DNA of 32,000 bases, from NCBI GenBank assembly GCA_025839675.1, contig CP104013.1, positions 2,580,001-2,612,000 on the forward strand. The letters are read 5' to 3'. Shown piece by piece: positions 16,936 through 25,831 of this stretch. Every line of letters begins with the position of its first letter. Within the stretch, counting starts at the first letter, position 1. Source of the stretch: Candidatus Lokiarchaeum ossiferum. Its GTDB lineage: Archaea > Asgardarchaeota > Lokiarchaeia > Sigyniarchaeales > Promethearchaeaceae. Below the pieces are notes generated by a model. The model was not told where the DNA came from. It ran no database searches and was given only the letters and a program-made list of their open reading frames with translations. The translations under genes and the position numbers were made by a program.

Positions 16936-17060
16936 AATATGAAGGTAATAAATTTCTCAATTTTTGATGGGACTGTGGATTTAACATAGGTGCATTTGAA
17001 AAGCCTTAAAAAGTGCAGGATTTCCATGGTCTTGTCAAATCCAAAGAATTATCACAATAT
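16936..17060 (+). pseudogene. Decayed duplicate of the 5-prime end (RBS-proximal bases, start codon and signal peptide) of the downstream metalloprotease gene
   Basis: AATATGAAGGTAATAAATTTCTCAATTTTTGATGGGACTGTGGATTTAACAT (16936-16987) matches AATATGAAGGTAAAAAATTTCTCATTTTTTTTGATGGGACTGTTGGTATTTAATGT (17415-17470). A 2-nt shorter T-run shifts the frame, giving MKVINFSIFDGTVDLT and a stop at 16987-16989. Weaker similarity continues (TTAAA..TGC..TTCCATG..AATCCA) for roughly 70 more nt. Confidence 0.65.
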
Positions 17061-17405
17061 TTTTCCAATTCATTGCACGAATTTAATTTCAATATTTTGA
17101 ACATTAAACTATTGAAAAAACCCGTTAATAGAATTACAAAATTAGTTCAGCATAATCTTCATACCATTATAAAAATTAAATTTTTCTTCAATCTAATCGA
17201 TCTATATGCCTAATTCTTCCCATCATTACACCAAATTGTTCCATTAATAACTAAACGGAATAATGGGAAAAAGAATTGTACTAAAGAATGGTAGAATTTT
17301 CATTATATTTAATTTCGATCAAAACAATCTATCAAAATGTATTCGAAAATCTGTGACAACCCATGAAAATGAATTGTATAGATTTTCAAATATTAATATA
17401 GAAAC

Positions 17406-19457
17406 GTGAAAAAAAATATGAAGGTAAAAAATTTCTCATTTTTTTTGATGGGACTGTTGGTATTTAATGTCGCTGCAATGGTTGGTTTAAATTATGCGGC
17501 AGCTTCCATGAATCCAGCGATTCCGGATTATGAACCAATGTCTGTTTCTGAAAAACTACTCCACAACGATATGTCACAATTGATTAATCCAAGTGATGTT
17601 GTTGGAGAAGATTCAGATTCTGGTTCTGAAACCGTTGTAGAAGAAGCCATTGTTGGTGAAGTCAAATACTTCCTAAGTTATGATGATGTAAACGGTATGT
17701 TTGTTGATGCATATCAGTTACAAGCCGCAGGACCTCTCACCGAAATATGGGTTCAATTAGATATGACATATCCTGAAGGTGATCCTCGAGAAGATCCCGT
17801 TGTAACCCAAGAACAATTAGACTATCTTTTAAATGAATTTGAAAGCAATATCTATCCAATAGATACGACGTATTTTGGGACTCCTGACGAACATACTGGC
17901 GAAGCAGCACCTTTAGCAGGTATGCTTGGACTTCCAGAAGATTATTATCTTAGCAATGAAGGTAAAATTATTATTCAAATCTCCAACATTCGAGATACCG
18001 CATATTATGATTATACATATCCATCATATATTGCCGGTTTCTACTGGGGAACTTATGAATATTACTTCAATCGAAATATTATCAATATTGATTCCAGTGA
18101 TTGGGAAAATCGAGTGGGACCAGATGTAGCCCGACCATTTTTATATGAAGGTACAATTGCTCACGAACTCCAACACTTAATTCATGCAGATTATAATCCT
18201 GCTGATGACACCTTTATGAATGAAGGATGTTCTATGTACTCCGAACCACTTTGTGGGTATGGATACTCGTGGGGTCGAATGGGAGATTACTTTGCAACTC
18301 CAGATAACAGTTTAACCAATTGGGAAGATCAAGGTGGTCTCAATGTGTTAGCTGATTATGGATGTGCCCAATTATGGACCGTCTATTTAGCAGATCATTA
18401 TGGTGGTGCAGCATTTATAAGCCACTTTGTCCAAGCAGGAATTGGTGGAATCGAGGGGATTAATGCAGCCTTGGCTTACTTTAATTATACCATCACCTTT
18501 GATGATATCTATCGAGACTGGAGAATTGCTAATATGCTTGATTTAGATGATAGTGTCTATGGATACCCATCAATAGATTTTGATGAAGTAGACAATCCAC
18601 TTCGAATTTATAATGTTTCTACACCCGTTGCAGATTTGTTAGGTACCGATTTTGGCACCACAACAGGTTATGGGGGAGATTCAGGTATTTCTAAACTCGG
18701 ATCTTATGGAAGCGATTATATTAAATTTACTCCAGGAGATTACAATTTCTTTGATATCTTCGCATTTGATGGAGATGACACCGCTGAATATGGTTGGGAA
18801 TTAACCGAAGATGGATGGTATTCTGGAGCAGCAGCATTATATGATGTTTCCTTAATTAGCACAGCAACAGTAGATACTGCAGACCCATACTTGCGATTAG
18901 ACTCTATGTGGTCTATTGAAGATTACTGGGACTTTGGATTCGTGCAAATTTCTACCGATAATGGAGAAACTTGGACCTCTTTAGCCAATGAAAACACTAC
19001 CACTGATTTTGATCCAAGTGGTCACCCAGATATTCAAGCCAATTTACCAGGTTTAACCGGAACTGGTGATGGAATCATTGAATTTGATCTATCCGCTTAT
19101 GCAGGGCAAGAAGTTATGTTATCTTTCCGATACATGACTGATTGGGGTACTGAATTTGCGGGTTGGATTATCCGAAGCGCAAGTGTCAGTGGAGTAGAAA
19201 TTGAACTCGTAAATGTACAACCTGAAGCCGAATTCTTAGTTACCATTGTAGAAGTATACAATTGGTGTGGAGAAGACTACTATTACATCTATGATTTAAA
19301 TCTCTATGATGCCTACGAAACTGGATTTGGAATTACTGCTGCTGATGAATATTATATGATCGTCTCGCCAACTATGGAAAATGGTATGGTGGATTACGAG
19401 ATCAACGTTCTCAGTTTCGGTATGAACTGTCACCGTTATCGACATATGCGTGTCTAA
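17406..19457 (+). CDS. Secreted zinc metalloprotease (MA-clan HExxH...NEG gluzincin-like) with an InhA-like C-terminal beta domain
   Basis: The ORF opens at GTG 17406; the probable start is ATG 17418. Signal peptide MKVKNFSFFLMGLLVFNVAAMVGLNYAAAS. Active site is HELQH (nt 18162-18176) followed 15 residues later by the E of NEGCSMYSE. The C-terminal FVQISTDNGETWTSL ... FDLSAYAGQEVMLSFRYMTD is typical of immune-inhibitor-A-type secreted proteases. Confidence 0.75.
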   Translation: MKKNMKVKNFSFFLMGLLVFNVAAMVGLNYAAASMNPAIPDYEPMSVSEKLLHNDMSQLINPSDVVGEDSDSGSETVVEEAIVGEVKYFLSYDDVNGMFVDAYQLQAAGPLTEIWVQLDMTYPEGDPREDPVVTQEQLDYLLNEFESNIYPIDTTYFGTPDEHTGEAAPLAGMLGLPEDYYLSNEGKIIIQISNIRDTAYYDYTYPSYIAGFYWGTYEYYFNRNIINIDSSDWENRVGPDVARPFLYEGTIAHELQHLIHADYNPADDTFMNEGCSMYSEPLCGYGYSWGRMGDYFATPDNSLTNWEDQGGLNVLADYGCAQLWTVYLADHYGGAAFISHFVQAGIGGIEGINAALAYFNYTITFDDIYRDWRIANMLDLDDSVYGYPSIDFDEVDNPLRIYNVSTPVADLLGTDFGTTTGYGGDSGISKLGSYGSDYIKFTPGDYNFFDIFAFDGDDTAEYGWELTEDGWYSGAAALYDVSLISTATVDTADPYLRLDSMWSIEDYWDFGFVQISTDNGETWTSLANENTTTDFDPSGHPDIQANLPGLTGTGDGIIEFDLSAYAGQEVMLSFRYMTDWGTEFAGWIIRSASVSGVEIELVNVQPEAEFLVTIVEVYNWCGEDYYYIYDLNLYDAYETGFGITAADEYYMIVSPTMENGMVDYEINVLSFGMNCHRYRHMRV

Positions 19458-19458
19458 T

Positions 19459-19716
19459 TCAATTTATTTTAGTCACATTTTTTTTTCTTTTTCCTTCTCG
19501 TTCCCTTCGTTGCTCAATAATTTTGTTCCGCACTTCATCCTTGAGCGATTCTTGCTCGTTCAAAAAATTGGAATTTTGCATGTTTGCCGCCATGTTAGCA
19601 GCCATTATTTCTGCTACACCTTTTGCGGTTTGTTTTGTTGGGGTTATCTTGTCTTCATTTTGATTTTCACCCTTTTTAACTTCGACATCAATTGATGAGT
19701 TCATTTTTTTTTGCAT
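19459..19716 (-). CDS. Small charged hypothetical protein (85 aa)
   Basis: ATG start. Lys/Glu-rich, probably disordered, with an AANMAANM duplication. It is preferred over the overlapping plus-strand 81-aa ORF, whose translation is Phe/Ser-rich low complexity. Weak call. Confidence 0.3.
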   Translation of the reverse strand: MQKKMNSSIDVEVKKGENQNEDKITPTKQTAKGVAEIMAANMAANMQNSNFLNEQESLKDEVRNKIIEQRREREGKRKKNVTKIN

Positions 19717-19827
19717 AACAACTCAAGGGAGATGAAAGTAAAAATTGTATGTGTCTGGATAATATATCATTTAAACTAAATCGGAACTTCTATAGAGAAT
19801 TTTCACTTCTTATCCACGAAATTTGAT

Positions 19828-20469
19828 ATGAAGAACAACATATATATTAATAAGGATTCAAATCCTAGTGAAAGTACTATGAACCGATTAGTCGAAGCCC
19901 TTGCTCAAGCTTATGTGGGTGAATCTCAAGCGAGAATGCGCTATACTGAATATGCAAAAATTGCTGGTAAAGAAGGATATGAACAAATCAAGGAAATTTT
20001 CCTCGAAACCGCGAATCATGAAAAAACTCATGGAAAGAATTTCTTCCGTATGATTCAAAAAGTGATGGAAAAAATTGGTGAAAAAACGGAAATGTTGGAA
20101 ATTCAAAATGTCGCCGTCCCCGTGGTGCGAGGGTCAGTTGTTGAGAATCTCAAAGCTTCTATTGCAGGAGAACACCATGAAACTTCAGAAATGTATCCAG
20201 AAATTGCAAAAATCGCTAAAGAAGAAGGTTTTGCGGATTTATCCGTTCAAATCCTAGGAATTGCGAAAGCTGAAGAACATCATGAAAAACGGTATCAAGC
20301 AATATTAGATGCATTGGAATCTGCCAGCATGTTCAAAAGCGAAGGGAAAGTATGGTGGTTATGTATGGAATGTGGTTATTGGCACTATGCGGAACATCCC
20401 CCAAAGATGTGCCCATCCTGTGATCACCCTATGGCATTTTTCAAAAAGATGGATAGTTCATTTATGTAA
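19828..20469 (+). CDS. rbr: Rubrerythrin
   Basis: Four-helix diiron motifs (GESQARMRY, ETANHEKTH, IAGEHHET, AKAEEHHEKRY). C-terminal rubredoxin-like CxxC...CxxC (CMECGYWHYAEHPPKMCPSC). The true start may be ATG at 19879 (MNRLVEALA..). Confidence 0.92.
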   Translation: MKNNIYINKDSNPSESTMNRLVEALAQAYVGESQARMRYTEYAKIAGKEGYEQIKEIFLETANHEKTHGKNFFRMIQKVMEKIGEKTEMLEIQNVAVPVVRGSVVENLKASIAGEHHETSEMYPEIAKIAKEEGFADLSVQILGIAKAEEHHEKRYQAILDALESASMFKSEGKVWWLCMECGYWHYAEHPPKMCPSCDHPMAFFKKMDSSFM

Positions 20470-20474
20470 TTTTT

Positions 20475-20798
20475 TTATTTTTCTTCTTCTAATGTGATTA
20501 ATGAATTCATTTGTTCGTGTAAAACCAAACGTTGGTCATCATTTAATTCCGTATAGGTGTTATGATGAAAAGTTTCAATATCATACAATGAATTGATGAG
20601 AATTGCAATATTATTACAAATATCATTCGTGGTTATTTCATCTTTACCTAAAGATTGGAAAAGTTCCGTAATCAAGAAGGCTTCCTTGATTGCATATCGT
20701 AAAAACACATCTTTCAACTCCCCGTTTAATAAATCTTCATATTTGCTAATAATATGATTAAAATAATTGATATCGTTGGGAATGGAGTTTTTTGGCAT
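20475..20798 (-). CDS. Hypothetical helical protein (107 aa)
   Basis: ATG start. Convergent with rbr, with 5 bp between the stops. No motif recognised. Confidence 0.4.
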   Translation of the reverse strand: MPKNSIPNDINYFNHIISKYEDLLNGELKDVFLRYAIKEAFLITELFQSLGKDEITTNDICNNIAILINSLYDIETFHHNTYTELNDDQRLVLHEQMNSLITLEEEK

Positions 20799-20890
20799 TG
20801 AAAAATATCCTTTAATCCAAGTGAATTCTCTGTTATCTGTTACAAAGCATCCTACAAAATAAAAATTGAGACTATCAAAAACGTAGTTGT

Positions 20891-21838
20891 TCAGTCATTA
20901 TTTTCTTTTTTTGGATGTTCTCGATAGAAGAAAAGTATTGAAATGATCACTACAGTAATGCCGATTAGATGAATCACTGTGAATTTTTCATTTAAAATAA
21001 TTAAAGCAAAAATAGAAGTCACTATAGGTGTCAAGGCATAAATTGTTGTTGATTTAGAGAGATCCATATATTGAAGCACTTTATACCAGCATATATGGAT
21101 TATTGAGTAAACAACTCCGGCAAGGAGTAAAGATAATAGATTTTGTAGATCCAATAATATGAAAATACTCCGATCTGGAAAAGCAATGACGTAAAAAATC
21201 CCAAGTACTAAGCTTCCTATAGCAGTGCGGGAGATTACAATTGTCATTGGGGGAGATTTTTGAACATCCATTAATTTTTTGGTGAAATAGTGGCCAAACA
21301 TCCAAAGGAGGGGTAAGAAAAATAACATTATAGCACCGATATTCATTTCAACAACTGCCGCAAAACCATTTGTAAGGGTAAAAAATAGACCAAACAATAA
21401 GGTAAGGGTGAAGACTAATTGCTGTTTAGTTACTTTTTCATGAAGTAAAACAACTCCAATTAGCATTGAAAAGATTAAACTTGATTTTAGAACAATTGAA
21501 CTTAGTATTGCACCTGCTATCGGTAATGCATAAAATTGTATGATTAGGGCTACAGCAAAGATAATACCAATAATGATATTGGATAAAATGATTTGATTTC
21601 TTGATAATTTCGTCTCAAGCTCGGTTGCATTTTCCATTAGATATAACTTATTTTTAAATTTTTTTCGTTCTGCAATCATTAAGGGAAAAATGAAAATTGA
21701 TTCAAAAATCATCGTAAACCATGCAAAATAGAATGCATCCAAGGCATCTGGTCGTAAATTAGTAACAACCGGTAAAAAACTTTCTGCAATGACACCAAAA
21801 GCCCCAAACATTAACCCTTTTTTTGTGTTTTTATTCAA
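20891..21838 (-). CDS. EamA/DMT-superfamily transporter (10 TM)
   Basis: 315-aa ORF from TTG at 21838, or ATG at 21811. Two five-helix halves typical of the drug/metabolite transporter family. Short charged C-terminal tail. Confidence 0.7.
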   Translation of the reverse strand: MNKNTKKGLMFGAFGVIAESFLPVVTNLRPDALDAFYFAWFTMIFESIFIFPLMIAERKKFKNKLYLMENATELETKLSRNQIILSNIIIGIIFAVALIIQFYALPIAGAILSSIVLKSSLIFSMLIGVVLLHEKVTKQQLVFTLTLLFGLFFTLTNGFAAVVEMNIGAIMLFFLPLLWMFGHYFTKKLMDVQKSPPMTIVISRTAIGSLVLGIFYVIAFPDRSIFILLDLQNLLSLLLAGVVYSIIHICWYKVLQYMDLSKSTTIYALTPIVTSIFALIILNEKFTVIHLIGITVVIISILFFYREHPKKENND

Positions 21839-21907
21839 GAAGTATCATGATTTTCAACCGTTGAAATATTTAAAATGATGGTAAAATGCACATTTTAAAT
21901 AGGGCAC

Positions 21908-24229
21908 TTACAGAAATTCAGACAAAACATGCTTTATGGAGTCAATGGTGTAAGGTTTATTCAAAACTTGTGAAAAACCATATTTTTTATAATTAGCAAG
22001 AATGGGATCATTCGAATAACCGCTTGAAACTATCGCGATAACATCAGGGTCAATTTTTTTAAGTTCGGATATTGTTTCTTTTCCTCCAATTCCTCCTGGA
22101 ATTGTGAGATCCATAATTACCAAACGATATTTTTCATTATTCTTTATTGAGTTTGCATATTTTCTTAACAATTCTTCACCATCATAAGCAATATCTACGG
22201 ACAAACCAAATTTTGTAAGTATTTTGGATAATATCTTCAAGATCATGGGATCATCATCCATAATAATGACTTTACCTTGAAATTCCTGCTTTAAAGCAGA
22301 TTTCTTTAAATTGTTTCTTATTTCCTTTTCACTTATCGGGAGATAAATATGGAATGTCGTACCTATAGCCATTTGAGATTCAAATGTAATATAACCCCCA
22401 TGTCTTTTAATAATAGAATAACATGTTGCTAAACCTAAACCATTTCCCTTCTTTTTTGTAGTGAAATATGGTTCAAAAATATGTTGCTGAGTATCTAACG
22501 AAATACCTTCACCTTGATCTTTAATTGAAATATGGATATAATTCCCATCCGCTAATGGAACATCAACAGAATTCACCAATTCGATAACTTCAAGAGAGAT
22601 TAAAATAGTTCCCCCATCTATCATAGCTTGATTTGCATTAATTAGGAGATTATTAAAAACTTGATTCATTTGGCCAGCATCAACTTCGACTACAGGAATT
22701 TCCGAGTTCTTTTCCACTACGCATTTTGATTTTGATCCCCGCATTACAAATGAGAGCGATTCTTCAATAATCGAAAGAATATCGTGTGTTTTTTTCAGAG
22801 GTGCACCACCTTTTGAAAATGTTAGTAATTGTTTTGTCAGATCTGTTGCTCTTAAAGTTGCTTTTTCTATATCCCGCAATGAGTCTAACATTTCATTAGA
22901 AACATCATCTTCTAATTGCATGTAATTAACATTACCAAGTATTCCGACTAAAATATTATTGAAATCATGAGCAATTCCACCAGCCAGAAGAGCTATTGAT
23001 TCGATTTTTTGAGAGCGTAATTGTTCAGAATCTCGACGTTTTTGTTCAGAGATATCCCGAATTATTGCTTGAATGAATTTTTCACCATCCAATGAAATAA
23101 TACTAGCAGTTACATTAGATTCGAAGGTCTCACCGTTTTTTCTCTGCATTATTATTTCATAAAGACCACGGGAACCGCTTAGAAATTCATTCGTCAAGTT
23201 CTTTTGTAATATCTTCTTATCTGTAGGATGTAAATCATCAGTAACGAAACTTAATAATTCTTCTCGAGTATAACCAAATAAATTGAGAGCACTTTGGTTC
23301 GCCTCAATAATTTTCCCAGAAATTTCATGCAATATTATAGCATCACGAGAATTATTGAACAAATCATTATATTTTCGCTGGTTTTCTTGAATTATCTGAA
23401 GAGATTTTTTATACGCCGTGATATCTTGATGAATAACTACAATATTTTGCATCAAATTTTGATCATTCTTTATGGGAAAGACTATTGTCCTGAGCCAATG
23501 TATCTCTTTATTATTATTATTAAACATTCCCGGTTCTAATTTGAAATCAGGTATCTGAGTATAATTTCCATTAAAAGCTTCTTGAATATAAGGAAGCAAA
23601 GCTAACCTATCAAAAAGAGGTTCTTTCAGTAAATTAAATCTTCCAATAGCATTCTCTGGATCAATCCCCCAAAAAACTTGAAAATTCTTGTTAACTATTT
23701 GTAAATATCCTTTTGTGTCATAAATTTGAATGTCAAAGGGGGCTTGATCGATCAAATTTCGAAACCTTTCTTCGCTTTCAATCAAAGAAAATTCAACCTG
23801 CTTTCGTTCAGTAATATCGATAAGAGATCCAATCATGTAACAAGAATCATTTTGATCTATTATAAAAGCAAAACGATCTAAAAACCACCGATATCCTCCA
23901 TCTTTATGTCTTAATCGGATTTCAAGCTCACTGGAACGAGAAAAATTATTAAGATTTGTGCGAGTAAACTCAATAATGGACTCCATTTGATCCAAATCAT
24001 CAGGGTGAAAAATAGTTTTGGAAAAAGAGCGCCCGTCTTCTAAAAATTTATTTAAAGGCCACCCTAAGATTTCTTCAACAGAATTGCTTATATACACATA
24101 GGATGAACTGGTTAAATCAATTTTATATGAAATATCTTTTGAATACCTCAGAATTTCATATAGATTTTTTTGGTTTTCAAGCAATTTGTCAACAGACTGA
24201 TCTGGTAAATTTTGGTCTTGAAATGGCAT
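21908..24229 (-). CDS. Hybrid sensor histidine kinase: multiple PAS domains, HisKA, HATPase_c and a C-terminal receiver
   Basis: 773 aa. At least three PAS modules (..IDITERK, ..HQDITAYK, ..IRDISEQK endings). H-box GGIAHDFNNIL, N-box NLLINANQAM, G1 DQGEGIS, G2 GNGLGLATC. Receiver with MDDDPMI and the phospho-acceptor context LVIMDLTIPGG. Confidence 0.92.
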   Translation of the reverse strand: MPFQDQNLPDQSVDKLLENQKNLYEILRYSKDISYKIDLTSSSYVYISNSVEEILGWPLNKFLEDGRSFSKTIFHPDDLDQMESIIEFTRTNLNNFSRSSELEIRLRHKDGGYRWFLDRFAFIIDQNDSCYMIGSLIDITERKQVEFSLIESEERFRNLIDQAPFDIQIYDTKGYLQIVNKNFQVFWGIDPENAIGRFNLLKEPLFDRLALLPYIQEAFNGNYTQIPDFKLEPGMFNNNNKEIHWLRTIVFPIKNDQNLMQNIVVIHQDITAYKKSLQIIQENQRKYNDLFNNSRDAIILHEISGKIIEANQSALNLFGYTREELLSFVTDDLHPTDKKILQKNLTNEFLSGSRGLYEIIMQRKNGETFESNVTASIISLDGEKFIQAIIRDISEQKRRDSEQLRSQKIESIALLAGGIAHDFNNILVGILGNVNYMQLEDDVSNEMLDSLRDIEKATLRATDLTKQLLTFSKGGAPLKKTHDILSIIEESLSFVMRGSKSKCVVEKNSEIPVVEVDAGQMNQVFNNLLINANQAMIDGGTILISLEVIELVNSVDVPLADGNYIHISIKDQGEGISLDTQQHIFEPYFTTKKKGNGLGLATCYSIIKRHGGYITFESQMAIGTTFHIYLPISEKEIRNNLKKSALKQEFQGKVIIMDDDPMILKILSKILTKFGLSVDIAYDGEELLRKYANSIKNNEKYRLVIMDLTIPGGIGGKETISELKKIDPDVIAIVSSGYSNDPILANYKKYGFSQVLNKPYTIDSIKHVLSEFL

Positions 24230-24232
24230 CTT

Positions 24233-24517
24233 TTACAAAATATCCTGTTTTCTTATCAAATCTTGAATCTTCTGGTTGAATTCAGCTTCAAATTGAGCAT
24301 ATTCAGATCCAAGAGCTTTGTAGTACAATATCGTGGCGTTTGGTCCTTTTTTTTTATGGAGTTGATCAAGATGGGCCGCAATGAGTTTAATTTGAGGAAT
24401 CTTGTCGGGATTTTCTTCAACATATCGTTTTAGATTGATTTTAAATTTCTCTTGAACCGATGTAACATATTTAATACCAAGATCAGCTCGCTGTTGATAG
24501 AGATCTTCCTCCTTCAT
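24233..24517 (-). CDS. Small helical hypothetical protein, tightly coupled to the histidine kinase gene
   Basis: 94-aa ORF with an ATG start. Its stop codon (24233-24235) lies 3 nt before the kinase ATG (24229). Confidence 0.5.
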   Translation of the reverse strand: MKEEDLYQQRADLGIKYVTSVQEKFKINLKRYVEENPDKIPQIKLIAAHLDQLHKKKGPNATILYYKALGSEYAQFEAEFNQKIQDLIRKQDIL

Positions 24518-24585
24518 AAATATGTAAGTAAATATCGATCCTAAAGGGTTATGGATTTAAGGTATGATGAATGCATCATTAATAT

Positions 24586-25812
24586 ATGACCTCCCGATTA
24601 TATTATGAAAATGGGTATCTTTCAAAATGTCAAGCAAAAGTTATTGAAGTTAAAAATATTAAAAGAAAGTTCGGAATCTGCCTTGACCAAACATGTTTTT
24701 ATCCCGAGGGTGGAGGCCAACCGGGAGATATTGGTACAATGAATGATATTGAAATTCAAGATACTCAAAAAATCGAAGGTCGAATTTATCATATTACTGA
24801 CAAATCAATCCCAATCGGTTCAAATGTCGAGCTTAAATTAAATTGGAACCATAGATATGAATTGATGCAAGCACATTCAGGTCAACATGTTATCTCAGAA
24901 TGTTTTTGGGAGTTAATGCAAGCAGAAACATTTTCAGTCCATTTGGGGAAAAAAACCCTTTCAATTGATGTAAAATTACCCTATTTTTCATGGCAAGATG
25001 CAGCTCGAATAGAATCTAGAGCAAATCAGATCATTTTTGAAAATAGACCCATTTTAATTCACTGGCATGATCACCTAGAAGATTTAGAACAATATCCACT
25101 TCGTCGACCTCCCAAAAAGAAAGGTGAAGGGGGATTTCGAATCGTGATTGTAAATGATTTTGATTATTCGGCGTGCGGAGGTATCCATACAAGGACTACG
25201 GGTGAACTTGGATTAATGAAAATCACAAAATGGACCAAGATGAAAGAAGGAATCAAGGTTGAATATGTTTGTGGTAATCGAGCTTTGAAGAATTATCAGC
25301 AAAGGAGTGAGATTTTGCGTGATTCATCAGAGAAATTTAAGTGTAGTGAAGAAGAACTAGTACCCTTGATTGAAAAAGTTCAAGCAGATTTAGAGAAAAC
25401 ACAAGAACAATTATCTAATCTTTCTAAAAAAATGATGGAATATGAAGTTCCAGAATTAATAGCACAAGCTCAACAGATATCCGGAGTGTATTTGATCATT
25501 CACCAGTTTTTCAATCGAAATATGCAAGAATTACGGGAAATCGAGTCAAAACTTATTAAAAAGGTAAAATCCATTGTAATTTTTACGAATCTGATCGAAG
25601 ATTCCAATAAACTTCAACTTATCTTTGGAAGAACCCCAGAAATAGAAAGTAAAGAACTACATATGGGGAATTTACTTAAAGAAACTGCAAAAATTCTCAA
25701 TGGAAAGGGTGGAGGAAAACCAGAATTTGCTCAAGGCGGGGGAAATCCCACCAATCTTCCCCAAGCATTGGAATTCATAGAAAATAAGATAAAAAATATA
25801 ATTTTTGAGTAA
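24586..25812 (+). CDS. alaX: Alanyl-tRNA editing protein AlaX-L (AlaRS second-additional domain plus DHHA1)
   Basis: 408 aa. Zinc/editing motifs HSGQH (HxxxH) and CGGIH (CxxxH). N-terminal beta-barrel with the GGGQPGD motif. C-terminal DHHA1-type GKGGGKPEFAQGGG. Confidence 0.9.
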   Translation: MTSRLYYENGYLSKCQAKVIEVKNIKRKFGICLDQTCFYPEGGGQPGDIGTMNDIEIQDTQKIEGRIYHITDKSIPIGSNVELKLNWNHRYELMQAHSGQHVISECFWELMQAETFSVHLGKKTLSIDVKLPYFSWQDAARIESRANQIIFENRPILIHWHDHLEDLEQYPLRRPPKKKGEGGFRIVIVNDFDYSACGGIHTRTTGELGLMKITKWTKMKEGIKVEYVCGNRALKNYQQRSEILRDSSEKFKCSEEELVPLIEKVQADLEKTQEQLSNLSKKMMEYEVPELIAQAQQISGVYLIIHQFFNRNMQELREIESKLIKKVKSIVIFTNLIEDSNKLQLIFGRTPEIESKELHMGNLLKETAKILNGKGGGKPEFAQGGGNPTNLPQALEFIENKIKNIIFE

Positions 25813-25831
25813 AAATAGAAAATAAAAAAAC

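Noticed and set aside
17013-17213. 66-aa ORF in the long spacer upstream of the protease
   Set aside because: It starts at a non-ATG codon, has no RBS and a low-complexity Asn/Leu/Lys-rich translation. It lies just after the decayed duplicate, so it is more likely non-coding or relic sequence.
19450-19695. 81-aa plus-strand ORF overlapping the 19459-19716 minus-strand ORF
   Set aside because: The translation is Phe/Ser/Leu low complexity derived from a polypyrimidine tract. The minus-strand reading is more protein-like, though it is also weak.
20075-24433. Short overlapping ORFs in rbr, the EamA gene and the histidine kinase (20075-20257, 20309-20497, 19888-20106, 21081-21305, 23294-23539, 24212-24433)
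   Set aside because: They are nested in, or antisense to, genes with strong motif support. Shadow ORFs.
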